NCBI RefSeq assembly: GCF_006345805.1
Contig: NC_043013.1
Location: 16,430,001-16,494,000 of the forward strand
DNA length: 64,000 nucleotides
From: Octopus sinensis
Taxonomy: Eukaryota
Reading direction: 5' to 3'
Of this stretch, positions 12,223 to 23,650 are shown piece by piece. The notes beneath the pieces are model-generated. The model was not told where the DNA came from. It searched no databases and saw only the letters and a list, made by a program, of their open reading frames with translations. Each line of letters begins with the position of its first letter. Position 1 is the first letter of the stretch. A program made the position numbers and the translations under genes.

Positions 12223-13779
12223 GAAACCGAGCGACAATAATAATAATAATAATAATAACGAACAGAAGCTCCGAATAGCGAACATCAGTTCAGCAGCGAA
12301 CAGCAAACTTTGTAGACGTACATTGTCAATCTCTCTGCGCGGAAGGGTTGCATCTGAGATCTTCGTTAAAACAGTGTTTAAGAAACCGTTAAAGAAAAAA
12401 AAAGAAAAGAAAGAAAGAAAGAAAGAAAGAAGGTAAAAGAAGAAAATTAAAAAGAACCGAAATTGTCTTTTAACGTAAGTCATTTCAGGAAACTGAAATA
12501 TTCCTCTCATGCATGAAACATCGTTCTTGCCAGACACGCTGTCATCCGCAAAACCTGAGTAAAAATGTAAACAACTCTTGGAGCTGCGACATCCCTATAC
12601 AAAAATGTAAACACCGCGCGAAGATACAAAAAACAAAAAATAACTGTGAGTACAAGAATTAATCATATATGCATTCCCATTTCGGCGAAAGTCGGGTGTT
12701 TGCACCTTGACCCCCCCACTCTCATTTTGTTTCCTTTTTTTTTTTAAAAAATTTCTTCGGATTCCTGTTTTCGATATTGCAGGTTACGATTTTGCCAAAA
12801 AAAAAAAAAAAAGCACGTTTTCAAATATGCGGTACTTAGACCAGAATTCCGCCAAAATTTGTTTCTTTAATTCTATTCTTAGAAACATCCTCTGCTGCCT
12901 CTCCCCACCTCTTCCTGCTTTCCAAAGGCACAAAACTAGTGTTTTATGTATTGGGTATGATTACACATGGGTAGCTATTTCCTGAAACTGCACACGAAAA
13001 AACACCGAGCCCTCCCTGAAAACTCGATATGCTAGACTACTTGTACCTTCTTTGTTCCCCACCCCCCAAAGGAATCTATGTGTGTGTGTGTGCGTGAGAG
13101 AGGGAGAGAGAGAGAGAGAAGTATATTTGCTAACAGAAAAGTTTATTATTAAAAACAAAAAAAAATTCGAAAGATTTGGGATTTTTTTCAGCCCCATCAC
13201 CGTCTGTTTCTGTTTATAATTTTAAAATATTAGGGACTCTGAGAAAGTCATTGCTGGGGTTTATCCACACTAAATTAAAAATGGTCGGGAAAAAAAAATT
13301 GGTGGCGTCATGGATCAGGACGCCTACATAAGTTGTATTTTCTCGGTTTTGACTGAAATTTTCCCAATTTTTTATCCACCACGGCCTTGGAAACGATGGT
13401 GGGGGCAAGATTTTTTGTTAAAAAAAAAAATGAAGATATTTTCAAACGAAAAGGTGTGCGATTTAAGGTAGATTTGGCTGTTGTTTCTAGCACTTCCCAC
13501 GACCACATTCTTCGATTCTTTCTCACGGGCATGTATTGATGTTTTTCAATATGCTATTAAAAAAAAAAATTGAAAATTTATGATTTTTTTCAACCCCGCT
13601 CCCCCTCCGATTATTTCTATTTACAATTTTCAAATATGAGACGGTCATTGTTGAGATTTATCTATCTTGGTTTTAAAAAGAGATGTGAAAGATCATTTAT
13701 TTTAATAGCAAAGTTTTCTGAAAGAAAATGTTTCTTTTTTCTTACACATACGCACACGCACTCATGCACACAAGGACAC

Positions 13780-14019
13780 GCTGAGGCGCGTGGCTTAGTG
13801 GTTAGGGTGTTGAACTCATGAACGTAAGGTTGTGGTTTCGATTCCTGGACCGGGCGATGCGTTGTGTTCTTGAGCAAAACACTTTATTTTCACGTTGCTC
13901 CAGTCCACTCAGCTGGCAAAAATGAGTAACGGACCGGCGTCCCATCCAGGTGAGGAATTTCTACACCACTGAAACGGGGAGACCGGCCCTTATGAGCCTG
14001 GCATGGCTCGAGAAGGAAC
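13780..14019 (+). mobile_element. tRNA-derived SINE with a different head and body but the catggctcgagaaggaac tail
   Basis: gaggcgcgtggcttagtggttaggg..gtttcgattcc head. The 3' end matches the 35828-36124 element. Confidence 0.7.
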
Positions 14020-14381
14020 TCGCACGCACACATACATACACACACACACGGCATCGCTTGATTCGTAGGGAGAGGGGTTAAAAATTAAAACCACATTTTT
14101 TTTCCTTAAATCCCAGCAATGAACCGCCTATGTTACTTTCGCATCATCACTCCATAAAATGCATTTTTTACCATACTTTACGGTTAGAAAATATGCTTTC
14201 TCTTACACATACAGACACACGAGCACACACGCCCGGAATCGCTTGGTTCCGGATCGTGGGGAAGAAACGAGGCGGGTGTCAAGTAGTCGTGAGGTTTGCT
14301 AAAAACAACCACTAAATTTCCCTTAAATCACACACCCTTTCATCTGAAAATATTTTCATCCGAATTTTTTTTTAATCGAGA

Positions 14382-14545
14382 AGGCGTAGGAGTGGCTGTG
14401 TGTTAAGTAGCTTGCTTACGAACCAGATAGTTCCGGGTTCAGTCCCACTGCGTGGCACCTTGGGCAAATGTCTTCTACTATAGCCTCGGGCCGACCAAAG
14501 CCTTGTGAGTGGATTTGGTAGACGGAAACTGAAAAGAAGCCCGTC

Positions 14546-14605
<60 letters not shown>

Positions 14606-14812
14606 GTGTATATGTTTCTGTGTCTGTGTTTGTCCCCCGGCTTAACCGATGCTGGTGTGTTTACGTCCCCGTAACTTAGCGGTTAGGCAAAAGAGATCGA
14701 TAGAATAAGTACTAGGCTTCCAAAGAATAAGTCCTGGGGTCGATTTGCTCGACTAAAGGCGGTACTTCAGCATGGCCACAGTCACATGACTGAAACAAGT
14801 AAAATAGTAAAA
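14382..14812 (+). mobile_element. tRNA-derived SINE family 3 with internal (TA)n/(TG)n; second copy at 42765-43200 (-)
   Basis: Head ggcgtaggagtggctgtg..gggttcagtccc, a central microsatellite, and tail gactgaaacaagtaaaa. Partial copies near 35290-35440 and 58060-58100. Confidence 0.8.
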
Positions 14813-15332
14813 AAAGTATGGCTTCTCTATCGATTTTAAGTGCATAAAATTGGCCGAAATTGGTCCAGATGAGTGAAGGGAGCGGAGGGGTGAAAAAATC
14901 ATATATTTTCAAAATTTCTTTCGTAAAAAGCATTTCTCCCTCATCTTGTCCATCATTTCGAATACCGTGGTGAAGAAAAAAATGGAAATATCCCTGTCAA
15001 AACAGAGAAAATCCAACTTATGTGAGCGTCCTGATCCGAAACTCCGCCTTATTGTGGTGTCTATATAGAAGTAGCAAATAATTTGTCCTGAAACTTTACC
15101 CAATCACAATTGTATTGAGCTATGTCGATCTACAAAGAAACTCTCTGCGTGTGCGCGTGCCCGAGGCAAAAACAAACATTCTGAGAATCGTACATAGAAA
15201 TTTCGGATCAAAATGTTATCTTTTTTATACTTTGCTTTTAATTTATCGGATTTATCCCCGTAAAGTACTCCAAGTTTAGTCACCGGACCTATCCATCCCA
15301 GCACGATTCCACATAAGAAAACTACGCGGATT

Positions 15333-15402
<70 letters not shown>

Positions 15403-16246
15403 GCACGCACTTAGAATTTCGTTGCTGATAAAATTTCAGTGTGAATTATTTGCTATTTCTATGTGAACCCAACACGAAAATAATTTGTAGTTTGGCATCA
15501 CAACTGAAATAAATATGGAGAGTTGAGATTTAGAGAGAAAAAAAATCACCGGAAATCTTCATTTGCCGTGCGCACGCGCAATATTGAAATCAACTTTTTT
15601 AGTTTGCAAATCATAAGCAGATTTAAAAACCTGTTCTTAGATAATATGAATTAATAAACAAAATCCCTTAAAATTTGAGGATTTTAGTGGGTGATTACGT
15701 CATTTATCTTTCATAAATCCTATGAGAGAGCCGTGAAATGAAAATGATACAAGAAAAAAATGTTTTCCAGACATCCAGCTATTATTTCTAGCATTTAAAG
15801 TTTTCTGGTGAGGCCTTGGCAATTGTTTCGTGTGCTGCTTCAGGAGAAATCTACACATGCGCAAACAAACATATCTAATACGTAAATGGGAAAGGAGTTG
15901 GGAAATGAGAAAATGGTTGTAAGAAAAGTTCAAACTTGAAAACAAAACTTTTCCAGGCTTGTAATCACCGTATTTTTGCTCATGGATTGGATATAAAAAA
16001 AAGTAAATAAAGTGAAGAATAAAATTGGCGCGTGACAGTTGGGTTGGAAATAAAAATTTTGAAAACGTGTTTTTTTTTTTTTTTCTTTTTTTTTTGTCAG
16101 AGTCCTAATCTCCAATATTGAAAACATAGGAAACCGAAGAAAATTTTGGAAAAAGAGTTAAATGGGGGGGTATGATTGAGATGAAACACCTAACCTCCGC
16201 CGGAATGAGAATGCATATATATTTATATATATATGTGTATGTATAT

Positions 16247-16321
<75 letters not shown>

Positions 16322-16961
16322 TAATTCTTGTACTCACAGTTTTATTTTTTATAGGAGCATTGCATATTCGCCTGTATTTTACATTTTTGTAGAGGGTTGT
16401 CGCACCACTACATGTCGTTTACATTTTTACGCACATGTCTTGCTGTGGCACCGTGTCCAGCTGTATCTATTTCTGGCCTTGTGCCAAAATTTGAAACTAA
16501 TTTTATATTATAAAATCTTATATTTATAAAATAGAAGCGGATCCCCGTCTGTCTGTAAGTCACATCTATTATAGGGGAAAGAAAAATCAAAATATACGTC
16601 ACAATGTATTTTAAGAAAGAGAGGAGGTTGAGTGAGAATTACCGTGAGTGTGAGAGATAGTGTGTGTGTGTGTGTGTGTCTGTGTGTATGTCTGCATGTG
16701 CGTGCTGTGTGAAAGATAGATAGGTACACCCATACGTAGTATTGACACCATAATATCTAGCAAGTTTTGATTTAAAATATAGGAATTTTAAGTGCAAATC
16801 TGTCAACACAACGCAACATAACTTCAAAAAACTTTCATTATATAAGAATATAAATAGTTGTGTTGTGTGTGTGTGTGTGTTTCTGTATGTCTTTCAACAT
16901 AGAGACAACGCATCTCACACTTTAAAATATTACTTTGAAATGTTGTTGTTGAGAGAGAAAA

Positions 16962-16992
<31 letters not shown>

Positions 16993-17429
16993 TAGATAGG
17001 TAGACTGTTGTTACCATAGTAACTAGTAGCAGTCTACTATTAAAAGAAGATAGTAATTGGTAACGGTCTACTATTAGAAGATACGTGCATGATTAACAAA
17101 TATCTTTACCAGCAGCGTAGGTGACGGATAAAGACCAAGGGTTAATAACATATGCATGACAGTAAGAACATGTTACCATGTCAAAATCTTCTGATGAGGA
17201 ATTGCAACGGCACTTCAAGTTTAAAACAAACGAAATCAATATTCATTGAAAAAAGCTTTTTATTTTTAATAGATGTTAGTTATTTGTCGGAAAATGTTAA
17301 ATACCTTCCCAACTGTGATGCAGAATATGAGGAACCTAAATCTTCCAAAAGATTCTAAATAGGAATTGGAAATTGCTCCTCTTAATTAAAACGAAACATG
17401 ATAGATTGTAACGATCCATTTTATTGAAA

Positions 17430-17472
17430 TCTATTTCCGTTTCAGGTTTGAAGCAGTTCTGGTTAATGCAAG
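17430..17472 (+). promoter_or_regulatory. 3' splice acceptor and 5'UTR remnant of receptor 1 (equivalents at 37571-37611, 46761-46800, 60391-60439)
   Basis: Pyrimidine tract plus tttcag at an equivalent position before all four ATGs, followed by a conserved g/a.ttga.gca(g/a)ttc leader. Implies an upstream non-coding exon that was not located. Confidence 0.75.
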
Positions 17473-18360
17473 ATGGAAGGCTATAAAAATGAAACTAATT
17501 CTACTCTCACTGCATCTCCTGAAATTAACTGGATAACTATAAGTGTTTGTATTGCGGCCATTGTAATAACCGTATTCAGTCTACTGTTATCGATAGCCAT
17601 TTTCCTAGATCGAAAAGCCTATGAGAAAACGCGCTCTTTCTTATTATTGAACTATATGTTTAATTACACACTGTTTGCCTTTCTATTTTACTTCCGCTAT
17701 GCACATGTGAAAATATTCACTGATTTACAAGCGTCTGGCTGCTATGCCATTTTTATACTATGTTCCGTTTTTGAAGACGGTGCTCTGTATTTCTTAATTC
17801 CTATTTGCTATGATTTTATTGTGAAATACACTAATCCAAGCAAACACGACAGTCAAAGTTTTCTGTGTCCCCAGATCATACTAACGGTAGTTTTGTGGGT
17901 TTTTATCTGGATAAAAGTATTAGTAATGATGTTAGCATACACATCCCACAAACTCAATCCATGTCAGATAGACTTAGATGCAAGTGCCCTCTATTTCCAT
18001 TTTGCCATAGTAATTTTGTATGTTATAGTATTACTAGTATATCTTGGTATGTTGATCAACATTTCAGTGAATAATAGAGGGAATGATGATACAATTGTAC
18101 CATTAAGAACAATAATCACTGTTGTTCTCGTCACGATGATACTATACGCTATTCACAACATTTTGTTTGCTGTAATGTATGGAGGGTTAATGGCTAAATT
18201 GTTTTACAGTGCCTTTTTAATATTTCTGATAAAATTTATAGTGGTACCGTTTTTGTGGCTTTCTGATCCCACTATAAAACAAAGTATTCGAACACTATGT
18301 TCAAGAAAATGTCAAAGTTCTGATGACTTCTCACCGAATGAGTTAACTAAACTAAACTAA
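17473..18360 (+). CDS. Divergent class A-like 7TM receptor, paralogue 1 (295 aa)
   Basis: Intact ORF with seven hydrophobic segments, N-terminal sequons (NET, NST), Cys at the top of TM3 (GCY) and in ECL2 (NPCQ), W in TM4, P in TM7 (VVPFLW), and a helix-8-like TIKQSIRTLC. DRY is replaced by DFIVKY. Splice acceptor tttcag ends at 17445. Confidence 0.9.
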   Translation: MEGYKNETNSTLTASPEINWITISVCIAAIVITVFSLLLSIAIFLDRKAYEKTRSFLLLNYMFNYTLFAFLFYFRYAHVKIFTDLQASGCYAIFILCSVFEDGALYFLIPICYDFIVKYTNPSKHDSQSFLCPQIILTVVLWVFIWIKVLVMMLAYTSHKLNPCQIDLDASALYFHFAIVILYVIVLLVYLGMLINISVNNRGNDDTIVPLRTIITVVLVTMILYAIHNILFAVMYGGLMAKLFYSAFLIFLIKFIVVPFLWLSDPTIKQSIRTLCSRKCQSSDDFSPNELTKLN

Positions 18361-18930
18361 TCACATAAAGTAATGTAAACATGTTTTATATCTGCTTACA
18401 TACAAATCTACATGCATTATATCAGCTTATACAATGATTTATATAATACTATTAAACATTATTCTTGTGTGTATAGCTTATAAATTAGCTTATATCGTAC
18501 ATTAATCGAAGTATAAATTACACATAGAGCTGTAATATAGGGCTATATGACATATGCATTTTTTTTACTGTAATAATACTAATAAAAATGTACATCACTA
18601 AGAGCTAGATGCAAGTGACAATTACAATTGCCAAAATAATGATGATGATAATAATATTAAAGATTTGGATGATGGTGATTATTATTATTAATATTAATAT
18701 TTTAAAGCGGTGAACTGGCTGTATCGTTAGTACGTCGTCGCGAAATGCTTTGCGGCATTTCGTCCAGGTTTACATTCTCAATTCAAGTTCCACCGAGGTT
18801 GACTGCCTTTCACCCTTACGGCGTTGATAAGAATAAGTACCAGTTGTACACTGGGGGGGGGGGGTCAATGTAATTGACTTACCTCTCTCCCGAACTTACT
18901 GGCCTCGAGCCAAAATTTGAAATCATTATT

Positions 18931-19700
18931 ATTTGGTTTGACTCGGGTACAGTTTTATTCCTGGTAGGATTTATGTGGGTAGCGACTACTACCTGTAACC
19001 TTAGGTATCCACAAGTTTTCAGTAGTCTTTCAAGTGCTTAGAACCCTTTTAATGATCCCCGAGTTACCTAAGAGACAAACTTTCTGTAGGAGCTCTACCG
19101 GGCATTCTATTCCACTCTCTTTCAGCCATTTGTCTATATCTTTGTTTACTGTTCCCAGCGCACCAATTATTATAGGCACAACCTTTACACTTCTCATACT
19201 CGAAATTCTTCCTATTTCAAATTTTAAGGGATTGTATTTTTTTGTTTTTTTTTTGTTTTGTTTTTTGTTCTCTTTCTTTACAATCCTGGAATCAAACGGG
19301 CATGATGGGTCGATTAGTAAGCATCTTTGCTTTTCCTTATTTTATTGTTGTGTCCGTCTATTATTTTCTAATTTCTTGTCCGTTTGAACAGGGAAGTCCC
19401 ACTAAAACTTACATCTCTCCGACTCCAATACTCTTTCTACTCAATGATTGTGCCATGTGGTTCCAGCTTCAAATCCCCATTTCTGGCAGAGTTTCTAGTG
19501 TATAGCTTTTACAACCTGGTCGTGCCTCCATTTCTTATATTCTTCCTGTGTCAACTTGGGACATTCTGCTACAATGTGTGCCACTGTCTCGTCCCAAATT
19601 CCACAGGCTATACATTTTTCAGGTACATTCTCTTCATATATATTTTTTCTGAAATTATTTGCTTTTATCGCTTGATCTTGGGCTGCTACAATTAAACTCT
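18931..19700 (-). mobile_element. R4/Dong-like LINE 3' fragment
   Basis: Minus strand gives C..CG..DETVAHIVAECPKL...RHDQV and VVPIIIGALGTV...LQKVCLLG. The 3' end runs into aataataat. Confidence 0.8.
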
Positions 19701-19830
19701 GTTTCTTTTTTTAACTGTCCCTTTTTAAACCAAGCCCAGGATTTTATTTTACATACATCTTCAGAGAAATTAAATGGACAAAACTTATGTATATTGATTA
19801 AATCTTTGTTATTTTCAGTCTTTATTACAT

Positions 19831-19901
<71 letters not shown>

Positions 19902-19902
19902 G

Positions 19903-20110
19903 TAAGGCGGCGAGCTGGCTGAATCGTTAGCACGCCGGAAAAATTGCTTAGCGGTATTTCGCCCATCGCTACGTTCCGAGATCAACTTTGGCTTTCATCC
20001 TTTCGGGATCGATAATTCAAGTACCATTGAAACTCTAGGATCAATGTAATCGACTAGTCCCCTCCCCAAAAATTTCAGGCCTTGTGCCTTCAGTAGAAAG
20101 GATTATTATT
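19903..20110 (+). mobile_element. tRNA-derived SINE family 1 (tail b), representative copy
   Basis: Same head with tail ccccaaatttcaggccttgtgcct..agtagaaaggattatt. Further copies at about 98-237, 4431-4620, 9340-9545, 18705-18925, 20455-20890, 22117-22330, 42095-42300 and 50180-50340. Confidence 0.85.
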
Positions 20111-20889
20111 ATTTACATTACTGTTGCTTTTTTGTATACGAGCTTTTCAGAATTTTATCCAGAGACCCCAATTAACTGCAAATTGGACGTTTTACAATAG
20201 GTATTCTTTATGACTATAGTGTACGCGAAGGAAGCCAGAATCTGAGAACTAAGGTTCTGTTAAATTTTTAATTTCAGTTTTCATAGTGTTTTAAGAGGAT
20301 CAGATGTTTTCAAGTTGATATTTTTCTAAGGATATGGGCATACCCACGAGAACAATTTTTCGTAGTTCTGATTCCTTGGACCATTTTGTCCAGTGTGCTA
20401 ACGATTCTACTCTTAAATAATAGTAATAATAAGAAGAAGAAAAAGAAGAATGGTTAAAAATTTTGGCACAAGGCCAGCAGTTTTGGGGAAGGGTCCAAGT
20501 CAGTTACATCAACTACAGTGCTTAACTGGTACTTATTTTATCAAACCTGAAAGCATGAGACTCAAAGTAAACCTCGGAAGAATTACAGACAGACGTAATA
20601 CCACTAAGCATTTTGCCCAGCGTACTTACGATTTTGTGAGCTCGCTGCCTTAATAATAATGATAATCTTTTCTACTTTAGTAGAAATTTAGACACAAGGC
20701 CTGAAATTTGGGGGTGGGGGAATTCGATTACTTCGACCCCAGTGCTTGAATGGTACTTAATTTATCGATCCCGAAAGGATACAAGGCAAAATCGTCCTCA
20801 GTGGAATTTGAACCCAGAACATAGCGGCAGACGAAATACCGCTATGCATTTCGCCCGGCGCGCTAACGATTATGCAAGATCGCCGCCTT

Positions 20890-21000
<111 letters not shown>

Positions 21001-21445
21001 GAGAGACAGACAGATAGAGAAATTAAGGCCAACAGACCAGATATAGTTGTCAGAGATCATGAAGAAAAAAAATGCTTTCTAATTGATGTATCAATACCGG
21101 CTGATGACAACGTGTCTCTAAAAGAAATGGAGAAACTCTCAAAATACAAAGACCTGGAAATAGAGGTAACTAGAATGTGAAATCTGAAAACAGAAACAAT
21201 TCCTATCATAGTAGGTGCATTAGGCATGATAAAAAAATATTCAGACAAATACATAACAAAAACACCAGGACTTACAAACACATATAACATACAGAAAATT
21301 GCACTACTAGGCACTGCACACATCCTACGCAGAACACTTTCCATACAATAACCATCAGAGCACCACAACAAATCACAGCACATACCCAAGGCACACAGAG
21401 CTGCGCTCGGTAGTGAAGTGAAAGCACGCTATAAAAATAAAACTA

Positions 21446-21506
<61 letters not shown>

Positions 21507-21509
<3 letters not shown>

Positions 21510-22063
21510 GCCCTGATGCAGTACCAGGCAGTGGCTCTCATGGCTTCTGATCTTAACTGATTGGAAGTGTTATCATGTACATTGTTTTGTCTTGGTATAA
21601 AAGATGGGCTACAGCAAATATTCTGCTCAATACCACAGATTTGCTTGTCAGTTGTTTGACCTTAACCAGTTGAGCATGTCCCTTAGTGGCTGACGATATG
21701 TGCATCTCTGATCACGAGCAGAAGTAGTGGGGGAGCATCATAGCCATGTGTTGAGAGGGATTCTTTGGGGTTTGAATAATTCACCTCTGGAAACATGAGT
21801 GGTTTTTTCAACATCCTTAAACAACCCTTATTCAGGGACCGTTTGAGTGGGATGGGCTACTCAACCTGAAGAAAATTCTAACTGGGCCCCACCTGCAAGG
21901 TCATGTGCTGTTTATCTTGATATGAGATCACCATGTCGCGCACATATGGTTGTGATGCATGTGCCTGGTGTACCTTTATCAGACAGGTAGTCATGATGGG
22001 TATATTGGGCTTCGTATATTTTACCCCAGTGTCACTTTGATGGCATGAACTGCTCTCTCACTC
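21507..22063 (+). mobile_element. TAA-flanked non-coding repeat, probably the 3'UTR of an R4-like LINE; copies at 41601-42048 (+) and 51151-51212 (-)
   Basis: Near-identical copies with variable 5' truncation and a common 3' end (ctgctctctca..), always followed by (AAT)n. Confidence 0.65.
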
Positions 22064-22079
22064 AATAATAATAATAATA

Positions 22080-22111
<32 letters not shown>

Positions 22112-22329
22112 AATAATCCTTTCTACTAAAGGCACAAGGCCTGGAATTTGGGGAGTGGGGAACAGTCGATTACATCGACCGCAGTTTTCAACTAGTACTT
22201 AATTTATCGACCCCGAAAGGATGAAAGTCACAGTCGACCTCGGCGGAATTTGAACTCAGAACGTAGTGGCAGACGAAATGCCGCTAAGCATTTCACCCGG
22301 CGTGCTAATGATCATCCCAGCTCACCGTC

Positions 22330-22381
<52 letters not shown>

Positions 22382-23039
22382 GGACCCGTGGGAATTCTGT
22401 AGTGTAAATCTACATATTTGAGAACATTATATTAATATATTAAACACAAGCAAGAATTTTTAAAAAAATTCTTTTGATATTCTACCATTTAATCCAAACA
22501 GTACTTTTCAAATATAATTGAAATAAATTTCGAAGATATTGTTTATTTACCGCCTTGTTATATTTTGACAGATATGATGTGCTTTATAATTTAAGGAAAT
22601 AAAAGATGAATTAAAAGGACAAAACGTATATATATATTGAATAAATGCTTATTATTTACAATCTTTATTGCATATATAAAATTAAATAAATAAATAAATA
22701 AATAAATATAAACTATATTTCATATGATTGTGATATGTACGTAGGAAGAAGCTCTGAGCTGACTCCCTGAATCAGAATCAAGCATTCTATATTACAAACT
22801 GGACTATACAACTTGTATGTGACACCCATATTATATAAACGGAAATACAAAAGATGAACTAATTTAGATGTGTATGAAATAGGTATAATAAAATATAAAA
22901 AACTTTACAGATTCTATGAACTAAATGTAATATGAATGGCGTACATGTACATAAAATTAATAAAATTCTACATTTACTATCACAGCAATTGCTTTTTGTA
23001 TAACTTTTCTTGTTTGACATGTCTTTTAGTCTCAACTAC

Positions 23040-23200
23040 TCTTTCTGTCGCATCAGATAATTTCCTGGCCCTAGAAAATGCCACATATATATTTGCTCAT
23101 GGCTGAACAGAGGATGTGGCAAATATATTCTAATCTTGTTAAATTTCTGTCCATGTGCCTTATTGTGAGAGAATAGAACAACCTTACATTCCATTCCGAA
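23040..23200 (-). mobile_element. Helitron helicase C-terminal fragment
   Basis: Minus strand gives HNKAHGQKFNKIRIYLPHPLFSHEQ, then a frameshift to YVAFSRAR. Confidence 0.75.
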
Positions 23201-23650
23201 ATGAAAACTAAAAATATGTAAACAAACTACACTGTTCGCTGTAAAACCACCAACGAGGCTCAGTCTAAGTTATTTACCAATTGAAACCATTTTCATTTCT
23301 TTTCATTCCACTTCAGTTCAGCTTTCTATCTATTTGTATATCGATTGATATGTATCTCTATTTGCATAACATTTGATATATCGGTAAACTTACCTACCTA
23401 CCTGCCTGTCTGCCTAAGTAACTATCATATCTACTTTCCGTTCTGCCGATGTATCTGTTTACTATCATAATCATAATAAGCATTTAAACCAAATAATTTT
23501 TTTTAATTAATCCAAGCGTTGCCTCAGCATGGCCACAGGTTTTGGTCTGGAACATGTAAAAGATATAAAAGTGTAACTTCCACAGCTATTTGCTAAGTTA
23601 ATTTCACTTTACAGTGTCAATTTAGAGATCTTCATGACATTGTTTCGTTA

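Noticed and set aside
11899-12537. 212-aa ORF with an E/R/K-rich tail
   Set aside because: The tail is the purine strand of the T/C minisatellite, and the N-terminal part has no recognisable homology.
12600-16200. Homopolymer-rich, noisy-looking sequence
   Set aside because: It may be old non-autonomous repeats or lower consensus quality, and no feature could be supported beyond the SINEs listed.
17191-17240. CTGATGA...CGAAAT upstream of receptor 1 (also CTGAAGA at about 37313)
   Set aside because: No stem II, stem III or stem I pairing, so not a hammerhead.
17152-17358. 68-aa ORF whose last 29 codons are also open in the homologous block before receptor 2
   Set aside because: Substitutions between the two copies are mostly non-synonymous and there is no shared start, so it is treated as non-coding conservation.
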